Source: a virus
Lineage: Duplodnaviria; Caudoviricetes
Reading direction: 5' to 3' (one strand)
Length of the DNA: 44,806 nt
Virus record (IMG/VR): IMGVR_UViG_3300020045_008475
Location: 1-44,806 of that record
Position 1 is the first letter of the stretch; each line of letters begins with the position of its first letter. This document shows positions 18,871 through 29,451 of this stretch, in pieces. Below the pieces are notes generated by a model that was not told where the DNA came from, ran no database searches, and was given only the letters and a program-made list of their open reading frames with translations. The position numbers and the translations under genes are program-made.

Positions 18871-19361
18871 TAATCGTCGAAGAACGTCTTGCAGAAGCAT
18901 TTGACCAACTGCCGTTGATTGACGGGTTTAAGCCCGTGTATGATTGGGGTAATGAGTTTAACCTGTTGGCCACGCTTAATGTTTACGCGAAAGCAAACAC
19001 AAGCCCATACCCTTTGATTTATCAAACCAGCATGGATGAGGAGCAGGATGTTGTTTTACAAAGCTGCCAAACAAGGTTGATTTTGATTGTGGCAACAGTA
19101 AACCCACAAACCGATCTTCTGAATAAAAACAGGTGGGCAATGAGTTACCGAAACGTGCTTTTCCCGATGGCCGAAAACATACAGAAATGTATTTTAAAGG
19201 CAGGAATATTTCTTTGGGACGGCAAAGTAAGGCTGACAAAATACCCGAACTACGGAAGCGGTGCCGAAAATAACACTACGGATATTTGGGATGCCATAAA
19301 AATGGAATTTACAAATCCGATCACGATTTCAAGCAATTGTATTAATCAAATAAGATTCTAG
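18867..19361 (+). CDS. Putative tail terminator/neck protein
   Basis: YPLI motif; position before major tail gene. Confidence 0.55.
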   Translation: MIIVEERLAEAFDQLPLIDGFKPVYDWGNEFNLLATLNVYAKANTSPYPLIYQTSMDEEQDVVLQSCQTRLILIVATVNPQTDLLNKNRWAMSYRNVLFPMAENIQKCILKAGIFLWDGKVRLTKYPNYGSGAENNTTDIWDAIKMEFTNPITISSNCINQIRF

Positions 19362-19363
19362 CA

Positions 19364-19528
19364 ATGGAAGAAAGTAAAAAAACAGCCGAAAAGAAAACGG
19401 CACAGAAATTCACCGTAATTGCCACAGGTGGTGTTACCATTGACAGGTATTACGGCAGGGGCAGCACAGTTGAGCTGACCGACGAGAAACAAATCAAGTC
19501 ATTAACAAAAAACAAACTCATTAAATAA
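19364..19528 (+). CDS. Small hypothetical protein (54 aa, not in ORF track)
   Basis: MEESKKTAEKK...; TAATG overlap with next gene. Confidence 0.65.
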   Translation: MEESKKTAEKKTAQKFTVIATGGVTIDRYYGRGSTVELTDEKQIKSLTKNKLIK

Positions 19529-20430
19529 TGGCAACACCTACAGGTTTAAACGTTATTGACTGCTCCGCACAAGGAGCAAGAGGTACAGGGTTGGCGTATT
19601 GCAAGACAAACCGCAAAAGAGTTGCGGTATTGTATCTGTTTCCGCCAGACCACACATTTACTGCCGACATTGATCTGGCGTATATGCAGGCGCAACAAGT
19701 GGCGGGCAATCTTATTGTACTGCCGAATGTTTCATCATTCATCGATTCCACCCCAGACGCAACCATTACAGCCCGTGAGGGATCTGGAATCAAGGTTCTG
19801 GTAAACCAATTCCCTTACGAATATACCGCGTCTTTTGACAACGGCTTTATGTTCCAGCAAGACTTGGACAGTCTTTCAGGAAGCGGTAACTATTCTGTGG
19901 TAATTCAGGATGTGGACGATGTGCTTTGGTTCACAAAAAGCCGTTCCGGGGTTGCAAAACCATTTACTATGGGAATCCACCAAGTCGGGAAATACTTGGG
20001 TGAGGACGGAACGAATCTTGCGACAGAAACCTACTTTATGCAATTGACAGACCGCAAGGAAGTTGACGCGCGTATGGTAATGTTGAAGCCCGATTTCGGA
20101 GGTACGGACGTAAAAGGCGTAAATGACGTAACAATCACGATTGACCCGATCACTGCCCCGTCAACATCATTGGTGTTTTCGCCGTTGTTGAATGACGGAA
20201 CGCACATGGCTAAGGGTCTTTTGGCTGGCGATTACGTTTTCACAAAAAACGGAACGGTCATAACACCTACCATTTCGGCTGACGAAACAACCAAAAAAGT
20301 AACCGCCACACTGGCTGCGGCATCAACTGCTGCGGACGTTTATACGGTTAAAATTGATGGCATTGTTCTGATCTCTGTTTCTGAGATCCTTTACAAATCG
20401 CCAGAGGTTGCCACCGTTGTAGCGGGATAA
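19528..20430 (+). CDS. Major tail tube protein
   Basis: 300 aa, Thr/Ala-rich Ig-like C-terminus, followed by terminator, upstream of tape measure. Confidence 0.7.
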   Translation: MATPTGLNVIDCSAQGARGTGLAYCKTNRKRVAVLYLFPPDHTFTADIDLAYMQAQQVAGNLIVLPNVSSFIDSTPDATITAREGSGIKVLVNQFPYEYTASFDNGFMFQQDLDSLSGSGNYSVVIQDVDDVLWFTKSRSGVAKPFTMGIHQVGKYLGEDGTNLATETYFMQLTDRKEVDARMVMLKPDFGGTDVKGVNDVTITIDPITAPSTSLVFSPLLNDGTHMAKGLLAGDYVFTKNGTVITPTISADETTKKVTATLAAASTAADVYTVKIDGIVLISVSEILYKSPEVATVVAG

Positions 20431-20452
20431 AACACAACGCACTATTTTTATT

Positions 20453-20483
20453 AAAGCCGCCCGATTATTACGGCGGCTTTTTT
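20453..20483 (+). terminator. Intrinsic terminator
   Basis: AAAGCCGCC...GGCGGCTTT followed by T-run. Confidence 0.85.
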
Positions 20484-20497
20484 ATTATCTTAGCCGT

Positions 20498-20926
20498 ATG
20501 ACAACAGATCAGTATTTGGCAAGTTTAAAATCGGTAAGGGCGCAAATACCCAGCGAATTTGAGCGTATAGTAGACCGAAGCAAGGAAGTTATATTGGACT
20601 TTAACAGAGAGGATCAGTTGTTCGATCGCGGTATTGATTCAGACGGAAACAAATTACAGCCATATACGCCAACAACCGTTCGTTACAAGCGGTCAAAGGG
20701 AGAGGTATTCAACCGAACCACGTTGCTTGACACGGGGGACTTTTACAAAGGATTTGACCTGCTAAAAAAACCAAACGATTACAGTATATTCAGCAGGGAC
20801 GAAAAGAGCGCGGATCTGGTTGAAAAATACGGAAACATATTTGGGCTTACCAAAGAAAACACTGAGCGCGTAAACGAGGATGTGTTAAGACCACAATTAA
20901 ACGATTTCATTATAAAAAGTATTTGA
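20498..20926 (+). CDS. Putative tail completion/neck protein
   Basis: YTPTT...TLLDTGDFY...KYG.IFGL pattern; TATCTTAG element at 20486-20493 just before ATG. Confidence 0.6.
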   Translation: MTTDQYLASLKSVRAQIPSEFERIVDRSKEVILDFNREDQLFDRGIDSDGNKLQPYTPTTVRYKRSKGEVFNRTTLLDTGDFYKGFDLLKKPNDYSIFSRDEKSADLVEKYGNIFGLTKENTERVNEDVLRPQLNDFIIKSI

Positions 20927-20927
20927 T

Positions 20928-21590
20928 ATGGCAGAATACAGCGGAAAGAAGGCGACCAAAAACGTTTTGAGCATAGAGAACGCCTACGAAAACATTTCTG
21001 AATTGTGGCTTTACAATTTCGATATGTACCGAAAGACCAGCGATGCCAATTGGCTTATTAAGGGATATACCGGAAGGGAGACAAAGCTGCCTATGTCGGT
21101 ATTGAAGCCCGTTGAGGAACGTATAAACAAGGAATATTTTGAGGAAATAAAAGACCGATCTTTCGAGCTTTTAATACTTCGCCTGGCAAAGATTGACTCG
21201 TTGGTGGCGAAATATTCAAGATGTGTCTGCCTTATTGAGAGAATAGAGAAGGGTTTTGGCGATTCTGACGAAGGGCTTACAATGCGTTATTTGTTCATTA
21301 CGCAACTCAACAAGGAAGGGTTCAAGATGCCTGTTGTTGCGGGTCTTGTAGAGGATTTCGAGGAACTTCAAAAGTGCAAGGCGCAACTTGAGGGCATAAA
21401 GACCAACATCGAGCTTTTGCAGGCGCAAAACAAGACTGCCGAAGACAAAGTGTCAATGACGCTTCAAAAACAAATGCTTATCGTGTCTATGGGATTGCAA
21501 TTGGGGTACAGGCTAGACAGCAGGCAAATCACAGTAATGGAATGGATTGAAATGAACAGATTGCTTGAGGAACGCAGCAAACAAAACTAA
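20928..21590 (+). CDS. Putative tail assembly chaperone
   Basis: Helical protein immediately upstream of tape measure. Confidence 0.5.
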   Translation: MAEYSGKKATKNVLSIENAYENISELWLYNFDMYRKTSDANWLIKGYTGRETKLPMSVLKPVEERINKEYFEEIKDRSFELLILRLAKIDSLVAKYSRCVCLIERIEKGFGDSDEGLTMRYLFITQLNKEGFKMPVVAGLVEDFEELQKCKAQLEGIKTNIELLQAQNKTAEDKVSMTLQKQMLIVSMGLQLGYRLDSRQITVMEWIEMNRLLEERSKQN

Positions 21591-21593
21591 TCA

Positions 21594-24329
21594 ATGGCGA
21601 ATGTATTAAATAAAACGGTAGAGAAGGATGCGTTAGACGCGCTGGATTTGCTTATAAATAAAGTAACGGCAGCGGACAAGGCAATGTTGAAAGCCGTTGA
21701 AACATCAAGGCAATTAAACGCGGGTGTTTCTGGCGTAAAGACCCCTGCCGGGTTGTCAGCGGCAACCACCGAAAACGCCAATCTTACCGCAGAGATACAA
21801 AGGCAGGCAAAGGCAATAGACCAACTTGAGAAGTCTATTGTATCATTAAGCGCGGCAAGGAAGCAAACAGCGGCGTCAACGGTTACCGAAACGGTAAACA
21901 ACAGGCAGTTATTAAAGAACGCAACCGAACAGGCGCGGCTAAACAGCAACTTGATTGGCAGTTATGAAAAATTAAGCCTGCAATTGAATATTGCATCACG
22001 TGAAGCCCTGAATTTGGGCGCAACTTATGGGCGCAACAGTATAGAGTTTACCAATGCGGCTACAAAGGTGGCGAAATTGGATGCCGAGATAAAAGCACTA
22101 GATGCTGACATTGGGCGCAACCAGAGAAACGTTGGAAATTATAAGTCAGGATTCAACGGTCTTGGTAATGCCCTTAACCAGATCACCCGAGAACTGCCTG
22201 CTTTTACCTTTTCGGCACAGACGGGTTTCCTTGCCTTATCCAACAACATCCCGATACTTACCGACCAGATACAGGGATTAATTGCAACGAACAGGCAATT
22301 GGCGGCAGAAGGAAAACCAACAGTTAGTGTTTTTAAGCAGATAACGTCCGCTTTATTCAGCTTCAACACGGTATTGGCGTTGGTTATTCTTGGAACTACA
22401 TTGTTTGGCGACAAGATTGCAGCGGCTTTTGACAAAATATCATTTGGCAGCAAGAAATTGGATGCGGCTAAGGATTCCATAAGGTTGTTGGGTGAGGCGG
22501 CAAAAGAGGGTGCGAAGAACGCGGTACAGGAGCTTGTATCTTTGCAGGGAAATCTTGAGATAGCCAAAGATGTTAATCTATCATACAAGGAGCGTTTAAT
22601 AGCGGTTGAAAATCTGCAAAAACAATATCCTTTCTACTTCGAGAACCTGACCAAAGAGCAGATCTTGGCAGGGGACACCGCCAAAGCAGAGCGTGAACTT
22701 ACAGAGGCCATTATTGCAAGGGCAAAGGCAAACGCAGCAGTGGCTAAGATAACAGAGAACGAAAGCAAGATAATCGACATCGAGCAGAGGCAATTGGAGA
22801 TTACTCAGGAAAGAATTAAGGCTCAAAAGGACTTGCAAAGGGAACAGGCGGCATCAAATGCGTCAAGTGGCGGTCAGTTAATCACCGGCACGAACCAAAA
22901 CCAATTCAACGCCAAGACACGGCTTGCCCAACTGGACAAAGAGGAAGCTGATAACAAGCGTACCCTTATTTACCTGAACGGGGTAAACAACAAACTTACG
23001 TCATACACCCTTGAACAGCAGAAAACAGCGATTGGATTGGATTACCAACAGGAAAAAGGTTCGAAAGCAAAAAACAGGGCAAAAATTGAGGAAGTTGACA
23101 TTCTGATAAAGTTGAATGAACAGGGTAATTCACTGTTGTTTTATTTGCAGGAATATCAAAAGGAACTCGAGCGTGAACAAGCGATGGTTTCAAGGAATTC
23201 AGAGCAATGGAAACAGTATCAAAAAGCAATTGACCGTGTAAAAGAATCCATAAAGGGACTAACGGATGCTTATACTTCGTTAAAAGAGGGAGGTAAAGCC
23301 GCCGAAGAAGATTTCAACCGAAAGATAAAAGGCACAAAGGCTTTGGAAAAGTCAATGGAAGATTTGCGTAAAAAAACGCGGGAATTCCTTGACGGTTTTT
23401 CAGAAGGCTTCTTGGATCAGAACGGGCTTGGCGGGTTGACCATGTTCTTTGACGACACGTTTAACCAAATGATTTACGGAGCTGAAACCACCGCTGAAAA
23501 ATTCCAAGTAGCGTTTGCCGCTATATCCGAAGCGGGACAGCAACTCTTTAATTTTCTATCAAAACTAAGCCAAGAGAATTTCGAGGCAGAATATGCCCGT
23601 GTAGAGAGACAAAAAGATATTGCCATAGCGTTTGCGGGAGAATCAGAGGCGGCTAAAGTCGAGGCGGCAGAGCAGGCAGAAAAACAAAAGAACAAAATAC
23701 GCGAAAGAGAGGCGCAGGCAGAAAAGAAACTCAGATTGTTCAATGCCATCATAGACACCGCGCAGGCTGTTGTGGCGGCATTACCAAACATCCCTTTGTC
23801 TATTTTGGTAGGCTTGTTGGGCGCGGCACAGATTGCGGCAATATCATCACAGCAAATCCCTGCTTTCTGGGAGGGTGGTGTACACACATTTGGAGGCGCA
23901 ATGCGTGTCAATGACGATCCTAAAGGTACAAAGGGCGGCAATTACAAAGAAGTCGTTAAAACACCGTCTGGATCGGTTATACGCCCAGTAGGCAAGGATG
24001 TTACAATGAGCGCGCCTGCGGGATCACAAATATTCCCAACATATGAGGCTTACGAGCAGCATTTACGGGAACTTGATAGCATATTGCATAATACGGGAAT
24101 AACGCCAACAAGGGCGGTTGCATCATTTGCCGCACAGGCAGCAGCAAACACGCTTACCCCCGAACAATATTTTAACGGTGTGGCACGAACAGAGGCGGCA
24201 ATACGCAATTTCCAGCCAATCCATATCACAAAGGACAGGCGCGGAGAGATAATCCATACGCAGGGGCAAAACGGGCGCACACAATCAATGAACAACAGGT
24301 TGCACATAACAGGAAAAATAAACCCATAA
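21594..24329 (+). CDS. Tail tape measure protein
   Basis: 911 aa, Ala-rich coiled coil, RNVGNY motif, hydrophobic segments. Confidence 0.9.
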   Translation: MANVLNKTVEKDALDALDLLINKVTAADKAMLKAVETSRQLNAGVSGVKTPAGLSAATTENANLTAEIQRQAKAIDQLEKSIVSLSAARKQTAASTVTETVNNRQLLKNATEQARLNSNLIGSYEKLSLQLNIASREALNLGATYGRNSIEFTNAATKVAKLDAEIKALDADIGRNQRNVGNYKSGFNGLGNALNQITRELPAFTFSAQTGFLALSNNIPILTDQIQGLIATNRQLAAEGKPTVSVFKQITSALFSFNTVLALVILGTTLFGDKIAAAFDKISFGSKKLDAAKDSIRLLGEAAKEGAKNAVQELVSLQGNLEIAKDVNLSYKERLIAVENLQKQYPFYFENLTKEQILAGDTAKAERELTEAIIARAKANAAVAKITENESKIIDIEQRQLEITQERIKAQKDLQREQAASNASSGGQLITGTNQNQFNAKTRLAQLDKEEADNKRTLIYLNGVNNKLTSYTLEQQKTAIGLDYQQEKGSKAKNRAKIEEVDILIKLNEQGNSLLFYLQEYQKELEREQAMVSRNSEQWKQYQKAIDRVKESIKGLTDAYTSLKEGGKAAEEDFNRKIKGTKALEKSMEDLRKKTREFLDGFSEGFLDQNGLGGLTMFFDDTFNQMIYGAETTAEKFQVAFAAISEAGQQLFNFLSKLSQENFEAEYARVERQKDIAIAFAGESEAAKVEAAEQAEKQKNKIREREAQAEKKLRLFNAIIDTAQAVVAALPNIPLSILVGLLGAAQIAAISSQQIPAFWEGGVHTFGGAMRVNDDPKGTKGGNYKEVVKTPSGSVIRPVGKDVTMSAPAGSQIFPTYEAYEQHLRELDSILHNTGITPTRAVASFAAQAAANTLTPEQYFNGVARTEAAIRNFQPIHITKDRRGEIIHTQGQNGRTQSMNNRLHITGKINP

Positions 24330-26993
24330 ATGGAGTTCTTCTTAGACTTTTACTACCCAGACGGAACAACGGAACGCGATTACATTACGGAACCGCCAGG
24401 ATATGACGCTTTTGCCTATCGTGTAAAGCAGGGGGATTTCAGATTAGGTCGCGACAAGACCATCGGCGGCGAGGAAATCGGCATTACGCTGTGGGATGCA
24501 ACGGGTGAGGAAAGCGCGATACCGTACATCAACCAATCGGGCAGGCGTATCTACTACAAAACCCACGCACTAGACAAAGTGATAGCGTTAAGCAGGGCGG
24601 CAGAGCAGGGATTTGAGGCACGCATTGAGTTTGGCGTTACTGACGGGACGACGCAATTTGTTAACGGGCAGTTTGACACAGCCAAGAGCAAGACGGACGA
24701 GAAAACGTATTTCACGTGCAATGTGGTTCAAAATACCAAGTTGGCGCAGATCGAAAGGAAGAAGAATGTGAACGTCGATGTTTTCAGCACCACCGATTTG
24801 TACGGCAATCCCGTTACGCCCTGCCCTACCTATCGGATGTTGCAGAAAGCCAAGTCCGTTGTCGCCTATTCAACGCTAAGTTCTCCTGCAAACGTAAACC
24901 TTATCTACAACAGCTACGGACTTGATGCATATATTGTAAACAGCGCACAGCAAATTGACAATGCCGACATCGAGGACACCTACAACCCGTTTGCCACCTC
25001 CGAATACATCGGAACAGGATTTACGGACGCTATTGCCGCAGACGCATTAAACAGGTTCAAATTGTTGGTGGCTCGCGAGGATTTGTCGAACCTTACCATC
25101 AATCTTGATTCGGTTAATCTTGCGATTGTGGATTTGTCAGGATCGGCAACAAATAAGGAATTAATGGTTTCTGTTGGACTTGACCCCGTACTTGACAAGA
25201 CGGAATACCCCGTAATTGCAAGCACCACTTCGACTATAAACGTGGTCAACGGATCGTACGTGATAAACATACCTTTCATCCCGCGCGGTTTCAGCGTGTG
25301 GCTTTATGCATCGGTTACTACAACGAACACATCACCAAGTAGCACACCGGTTGGCAGTACGTCAATATCAATGGGTGGGATGAGCGTAAAGGTTAAGACG
25401 GAAAGTACCGCAGTTGACCGCGTTATAAATGTATGTTCATATCCAGAATTCCTAAAGGCGGGGATTGAGAGATTGTCTGGACTGCCGTTCAATTGCCCCG
25501 ATCTGGAGAGTACGGGCAAGTTTGGAAACCTTTATGTGTACAGCGGGTATATGCAAAGAAGCATCCCAAACAAGCCTTTCAATTTCATTTTCGAGGATCA
25601 ATTTGGGCACGATATGCGTTGGCTTGGAAATTCGGACTATGAGATCACCAATAATGGCGTGGATCACGGGGATTATGATTTCTTTTACCCCAATGTGGAT
25701 TTGGGCGGGTTCTTGGATGCGCCAGATGTTGACTTTGAGCGAACGATAAATGAGCGGTTCCAATTGCAGACTTGGGACACGAAATTCGCCAATTACAACA
25801 AGGACGACCGAAGCGCGAACACAATTGATTCATTCCAGACGGAGGCACAGCAGACGTTCCCGAACGGGGCTGTTGAGAACCGAGTTGAGCTGAATATAAA
25901 AAACATCTGGGACGCTTTTGAACAGGAGAAAAATGCGATACAGGGGTTGCGCAAGACAACGGGGCTGGACTTTGACGACAAGGTTTCAATTGTTGATGTG
26001 GTTGACCTTGCGCCGGGGGCTACGGGAACGATACGCGGGTTCTATACATTCTACACAAAGGACGGCAAGGTTTTGATATACAACAAGCCGCTTAATGGAT
26101 TCTTATCGACACAGGACAGCACGTTGGCGTGGGATCAGGTAGGGATAAGTGTTGGCGACGTAATCACGTTTGACGCGGGTGACAATATTGGGGCGCAAAG
26201 CACTGTACTTGACATAACACCCCAGATCATCACATTGCAACCTATAAACTACGTGGCTGCATTGTCAGGAACGGCTTATTTTGTCATTACACACGCCTAC
26301 ACAGGCGTTTTGCTTACCAACAGGACAAGCGAGAACTTCGACCAGATATTGAACCTGCAAAGCGGCAACAACTGCTCAAACCTCAAATACACGATTGCGC
26401 GGATGAACCAATACTTTTACAGCTATTGGAATACGGTATGTTCTGCGCACCCGACAAAGGACATATTGACGACAAAATTCGTGAACAACGACCAACTGAT
26501 AACGCAGTTTATGGGCGGAAGGGTCTTGCGTGAGGGCGAGAATATACCCGTCAGCAGGCTTGATCCGAAAGTGCTTACAATTGACGTTTACAAGACCCGT
26601 GTTTACTGCTCGTTCCAACAGGCAACAGCGTTGTTTAATTCTGGTCTTCGAGGGACAATAAGGATTTACAACAAGAACAACGAGATCAAGCGCGTGCATT
26701 TGGCAGACTGTGCGATGCTGTGGCGGGACGAGATATTGGAGATCAATAAAGGCGAGGTTCGCGACGAGCCAACGCAGAAAAGCATTGTTTCGGTAAGCGG
26801 GGGCATCGAGTTCAACGGTGTCTTTTACACAACATTGGATTGGTGGGAGATAAGTAACGGTTATTTTGCTGCTTACGACCCTGACCGCATATTATTGGCG
26901 AAACCTGTGCGGTTTGGAGAGGTGTTGCTAAACGGGGTGCTGTATGAGGACGAAAACGATTTTAGAAACGCATTAATTGTTTTGTTGGCGTAA
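24330..26993 (+). CDS. Tail tip/baseplate hub-like structural protein
   Basis: 887-aa beta-rich protein directly after tape measure. Confidence 0.7.
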   Translation: MEFFLDFYYPDGTTERDYITEPPGYDAFAYRVKQGDFRLGRDKTIGGEEIGITLWDATGEESAIPYINQSGRRIYYKTHALDKVIALSRAAEQGFEARIEFGVTDGTTQFVNGQFDTAKSKTDEKTYFTCNVVQNTKLAQIERKKNVNVDVFSTTDLYGNPVTPCPTYRMLQKAKSVVAYSTLSSPANVNLIYNSYGLDAYIVNSAQQIDNADIEDTYNPFATSEYIGTGFTDAIAADALNRFKLLVAREDLSNLTINLDSVNLAIVDLSGSATNKELMVSVGLDPVLDKTEYPVIASTTSTINVVNGSYVINIPFIPRGFSVWLYASVTTTNTSPSSTPVGSTSISMGGMSVKVKTESTAVDRVINVCSYPEFLKAGIERLSGLPFNCPDLESTGKFGNLYVYSGYMQRSIPNKPFNFIFEDQFGHDMRWLGNSDYEITNNGVDHGDYDFFYPNVDLGGFLDAPDVDFERTINERFQLQTWDTKFANYNKDDRSANTIDSFQTEAQQTFPNGAVENRVELNIKNIWDAFEQEKNAIQGLRKTTGLDFDDKVSIVDVVDLAPGATGTIRGFYTFYTKDGKVLIYNKPLNGFLSTQDSTLAWDQVGISVGDVITFDAGDNIGAQSTVLDITPQIITLQPINYVAALSGTAYFVITHAYTGVLLTNRTSENFDQILNLQSGNNCSNLKYTIARMNQYFYSYWNTVCSAHPTKDILTTKFVNNDQLITQFMGGRVLREGENIPVSRLDPKVLTIDVYKTRVYCSFQQATALFNSGLRGTIRIYNKNNEIKRVHLADCAMLWRDEILEINKGEVRDEPTQKSIVSVSGGIEFNGVFYTTLDWWEISNGYFAAYDPDRILLAKPVRFGEVLLNGVLYEDENDFRNALIVLLA

Positions 26994-27003
26994 TTTAATT
27001 CAC

Positions 27004-27075
27004 TACCTTAGCCCTTTCATAAAATTGAATTGATTGTTTTAAAATCCGCAGGCGTGGTTGTTATGCGGATTTTTT
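27004..27075 (+). ncRNA. Candidate ~60-nt small RNA ending in a terminator
   Basis: TACCTTAG -7-like element at 27004-27011, no ORF, terminator hairpin at 27041-27075. Confidence 0.35.
27041..27075 (+). terminator. Intrinsic terminator
   Basis: AAAATCCGCA...TGCGGATTTT followed by T-run. Confidence 0.85.
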
Positions 27076-27076
27076 A

Positions 27077-27170
27077 ATTTAGAATGGTTCTTAATTCATT
27101 AGTGCTTATATTTGTAATTCACGACAATTAACTTTTAATGCCCTTGGTTTGTCGTGAGCCTTGGGCATTT
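27077..27170 (+). promoter_or_regulatory. Box + promoter + kissing-loop leader of RNA ligase cassette
   Basis: Box 27077-27095; TATATTTG 27107-27114; TCACGACAA 27119-27127 complementary to TTGTCGTGA 27149-27157 in AATGCCC/GGGCATT hairpin. Confidence 0.8.
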
Positions 27171-27179
27171 ATATTTATT

Positions 27180-28106
27180 ATGGAATTTAAAAAGTATCAG
27201 CACTTGGAAAGATTTGGGGCAACAGAGGTTTCTAAAATCGAATTGGGGGAATGTTATGTATTTCCAAAAATCGACGGAACAAACGCCTCTTTGTGGTTTT
27301 GTGACGGAAAATTACAAGCTGGATCGAGAACGAGACACCTATCTTTAGAAAACGACAATGCAGGATTTTACGAATGGGCTTTAAAACAACAAAGGTTTTT
27401 AGATTTTTTTGATAAATATCCTCATATCAGATTGTTTGGTGAATGGCTAGTGCCTCATTCTTTGAAGACTTATAGAGATTCTGCTTGGAGAAATTTTTAC
27501 GTTTTTGATGTTTCTACTGACAAACAGGAGCATGAGATATTACACGAATCCGACACGCATTTAAACTACCTACATTTTAATGAGTACTCGCTTTTGTTGG
27601 ATGAATTTGGAATCGAATATATTCCTCCAATTTGCCGAGTTACAAATTCCAGTTATGAGCAATTTGTAAATCAACTTGTAAAAAATAGTTTCCTAATTGA
27701 AGACGGTAAAGGCGCAGGGGAAGGAATCGTTATAAAAAACTATCAGTTCAAAAACAAGTACAATCGTCAGGCTTGGGCAAAAATAGTAACGTCAGAATTT
27801 AAAGAAAAACACGCAAAAGAGTTTGGAGAGCAAGTTTTAGGAGCAAAGCCAATGATTGAGGAAGCCATAGCAGAAAAATACGTTACAACAGCTTTGTGTG
27901 AGAAAGTTTTTGCAAAGATTAAAAATGAGAAACAAGATTGGCAAAGCAAGTACATACCACAACTGCTAAACACCGTGTTTTACGACTTAGTAAAAGAAGA
28001 TTGTTGGGAGTTTATCAAAGAAAACAGAAACCCAACAATAAACTTCAAGACTTTACAACACTTTACTTTTATAAAAGTAAGAGAAAAGTTACCAAAATTA
28101 TTCTAG
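27180..28106 (+). CDS. ATP-dependent RNA ligase (Rnl2-like)
   Basis: Motif I KIDGTN, GSR, FGEW, FYVFDV, EGIVIK, WAKIV; AT-rich insert in tail region. Confidence 0.88.
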   Translation: MEFKKYQHLERFGATEVSKIELGECYVFPKIDGTNASLWFCDGKLQAGSRTRHLSLENDNAGFYEWALKQQRFLDFFDKYPHIRLFGEWLVPHSLKTYRDSAWRNFYVFDVSTDKQEHEILHESDTHLNYLHFNEYSLLLDEFGIEYIPPICRVTNSSYEQFVNQLVKNSFLIEDGKGAGEGIVIKNYQFKNKYNRQAWAKIVTSEFKEKHAKEFGEQVLGAKPMIEEAIAEKYVTTALCEKVFAKIKNEKQDWQSKYIPQLLNTVFYDLVKEDCWEFIKENRNPTINFKTLQHFTFIKVREKLPKLF

Positions 28107-28133
28107 TTTAGCCAGATTAAAATACCACACATT

Positions 28134-28161
28134 AGCAACCCATAAAACGGTTGCTTTTTTT
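28134..28161 (+). terminator. Intrinsic terminator
   Basis: AGCAACC...GGTTGCT followed by T-run. Confidence 0.8.
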
Positions 28162-28186
28162 ATTTTGCAAATCCAAATCATTCCGC

Positions 28187-28194
28187 TATATTTG
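28187..28194 (+). promoter_or_regulatory. Promoter -7 box restarting tail transcription (near-leaderless)
   Basis: TATATTTG 5 nt before ATG 28200. Confidence 0.6.
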
Positions 28195-28199
28195 CCACT

Positions 28200-29444
28200 A
28201 TGCAAAAGATTATAGACTACTCCTTTATAACCTTTCATCGTTCGCTTTCAGATGCCTACGGTAGCCTAAACGACCCACAACTAGCCACTATATTTAACCG
28301 AAGATTCGTTCAACTCGGTACAATGGACGAAACCCGCCAGCACACAAACACGGATTTTGACCTCAATTTCGGGCATCAGATACTTGCCGAACTTGTTGAC
28401 TGTTCCGATAACGTGCTTTTAAATGTAACCCCAAACTTTACCGAGTTCCAATTTGACCATTCCCAGACGGGAATCAAAAGCCTTTACTGGCAATTGAAGA
28501 ATATCGGGCGTTCATTTTCAAGACCCGTTCACCTAAAATTAACGCATTACGCAGTTGGAGCGAAGCAATCGGGATTGGTTGCATATTCTACGCCGTTTCA
28601 CGTGCAGGAGGATGTATCAGAAACAACGGAGTTCGACTACTGGAGTTACAAATTGTATGACGGTCAGGATTACGGAACGACACAGGGGCGAAATCGTATC
28701 AGGTTGCGAGGCACATACACCAAGCCGACGCGCGCAACCGAACAGCAAACATATACACAGGTCGGCAGGACTGGCAATGGTCAGGGCAACGTAATCCACA
28801 ACACGCCAACGCGGGTACTTAACTACAACTGGCTTGTTGAATATTACGACAATCACGGAATGGAAGCCTTTGAAAGTATGGTTAATTCTGCGGTCATTTA
28901 CGTATCAAAACCGTTCGAAACGGCAGGCACACGCGCGACAACCATTGTGCCAAGCACCGAGAACGTACTGGGCAGCAGCAACTTTTATTCTGGCGCGTGG
29001 GTAATGAATATCGACAGAACCGAAGTCTATGTGCAGCAGGGCGCAATCGGAACGGCTTTTGCGCTTGTACAGTCAACATTGCGACCGTTCGGATCGGTAA
29101 CACTTGCACAGCTTGCTTCGGATTCTTTGCGCGGTTTCTTCAATAAGGATATTACAATCGGCACAGGCACATTGACCGTCTGGGATGCCGACACCAATAC
29201 ACTTTTGGACACGTACACACAGGCGGATATTACCGCAGTCGGCACAAACGGATTTGAGATCACAAGTTTTGCCAATACAATCACCACAACTGGAAATTAT
29301 TTTATAAATTTCACGGGTGGATTATTTGTATCTTTGATCGGTGAGAATTATGCGGTTCCGAACAGTACGGAATGGACGTTTACTGCACAGGCGGCAGGGG
29401 ATTTTGACGAGGATGATTTTGATTCAACAGACTTTTTAACATAG
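28200..29444 (+). CDS. Tail structural protein with C-terminal Ig-like domain
   Basis: FNKDITIGTGTLTV...YFINFTGG...WTFT Ig-like pattern; acidic DFDEDDFD tail. Confidence 0.7.
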   Translation: MQKIIDYSFITFHRSLSDAYGSLNDPQLATIFNRRFVQLGTMDETRQHTNTDFDLNFGHQILAELVDCSDNVLLNVTPNFTEFQFDHSQTGIKSLYWQLKNIGRSFSRPVHLKLTHYAVGAKQSGLVAYSTPFHVQEDVSETTEFDYWSYKLYDGQDYGTTQGRNRIRLRGTYTKPTRATEQQTYTQVGRTGNGQGNVIHNTPTRVLNYNWLVEYYDNHGMEAFESMVNSAVIYVSKPFETAGTRATTIVPSTENVLGSSNFYSGAWVMNIDRTEVYVQQGAIGTAFALVQSTLRPFGSVTLAQLASDSLRGFFNKDITIGTGTLTVWDADTNTLLDTYTQADITAVGTNGFEITSFANTITTTGNYFINFTGGLFVSLIGENYAVPNSTEWTFTAQAAGDFDEDDFDSTDFLT

Positions 29445-29451
29445 GAAAAAA

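Noticed and set aside
20928-21590. Programmed frameshift in tail assembly chaperone
   Set aside because: A single ORF fills the space up to the tape measure gene, with no second overlapping frame requiring a shift.
27115-27170. HDV-like (theta) ribozyme interpretation of the leader pseudoknots
   Set aside because: No nested P3/L3, P1.1 or catalytic J4/2 cytosine arrangement; only two interlocked helices.
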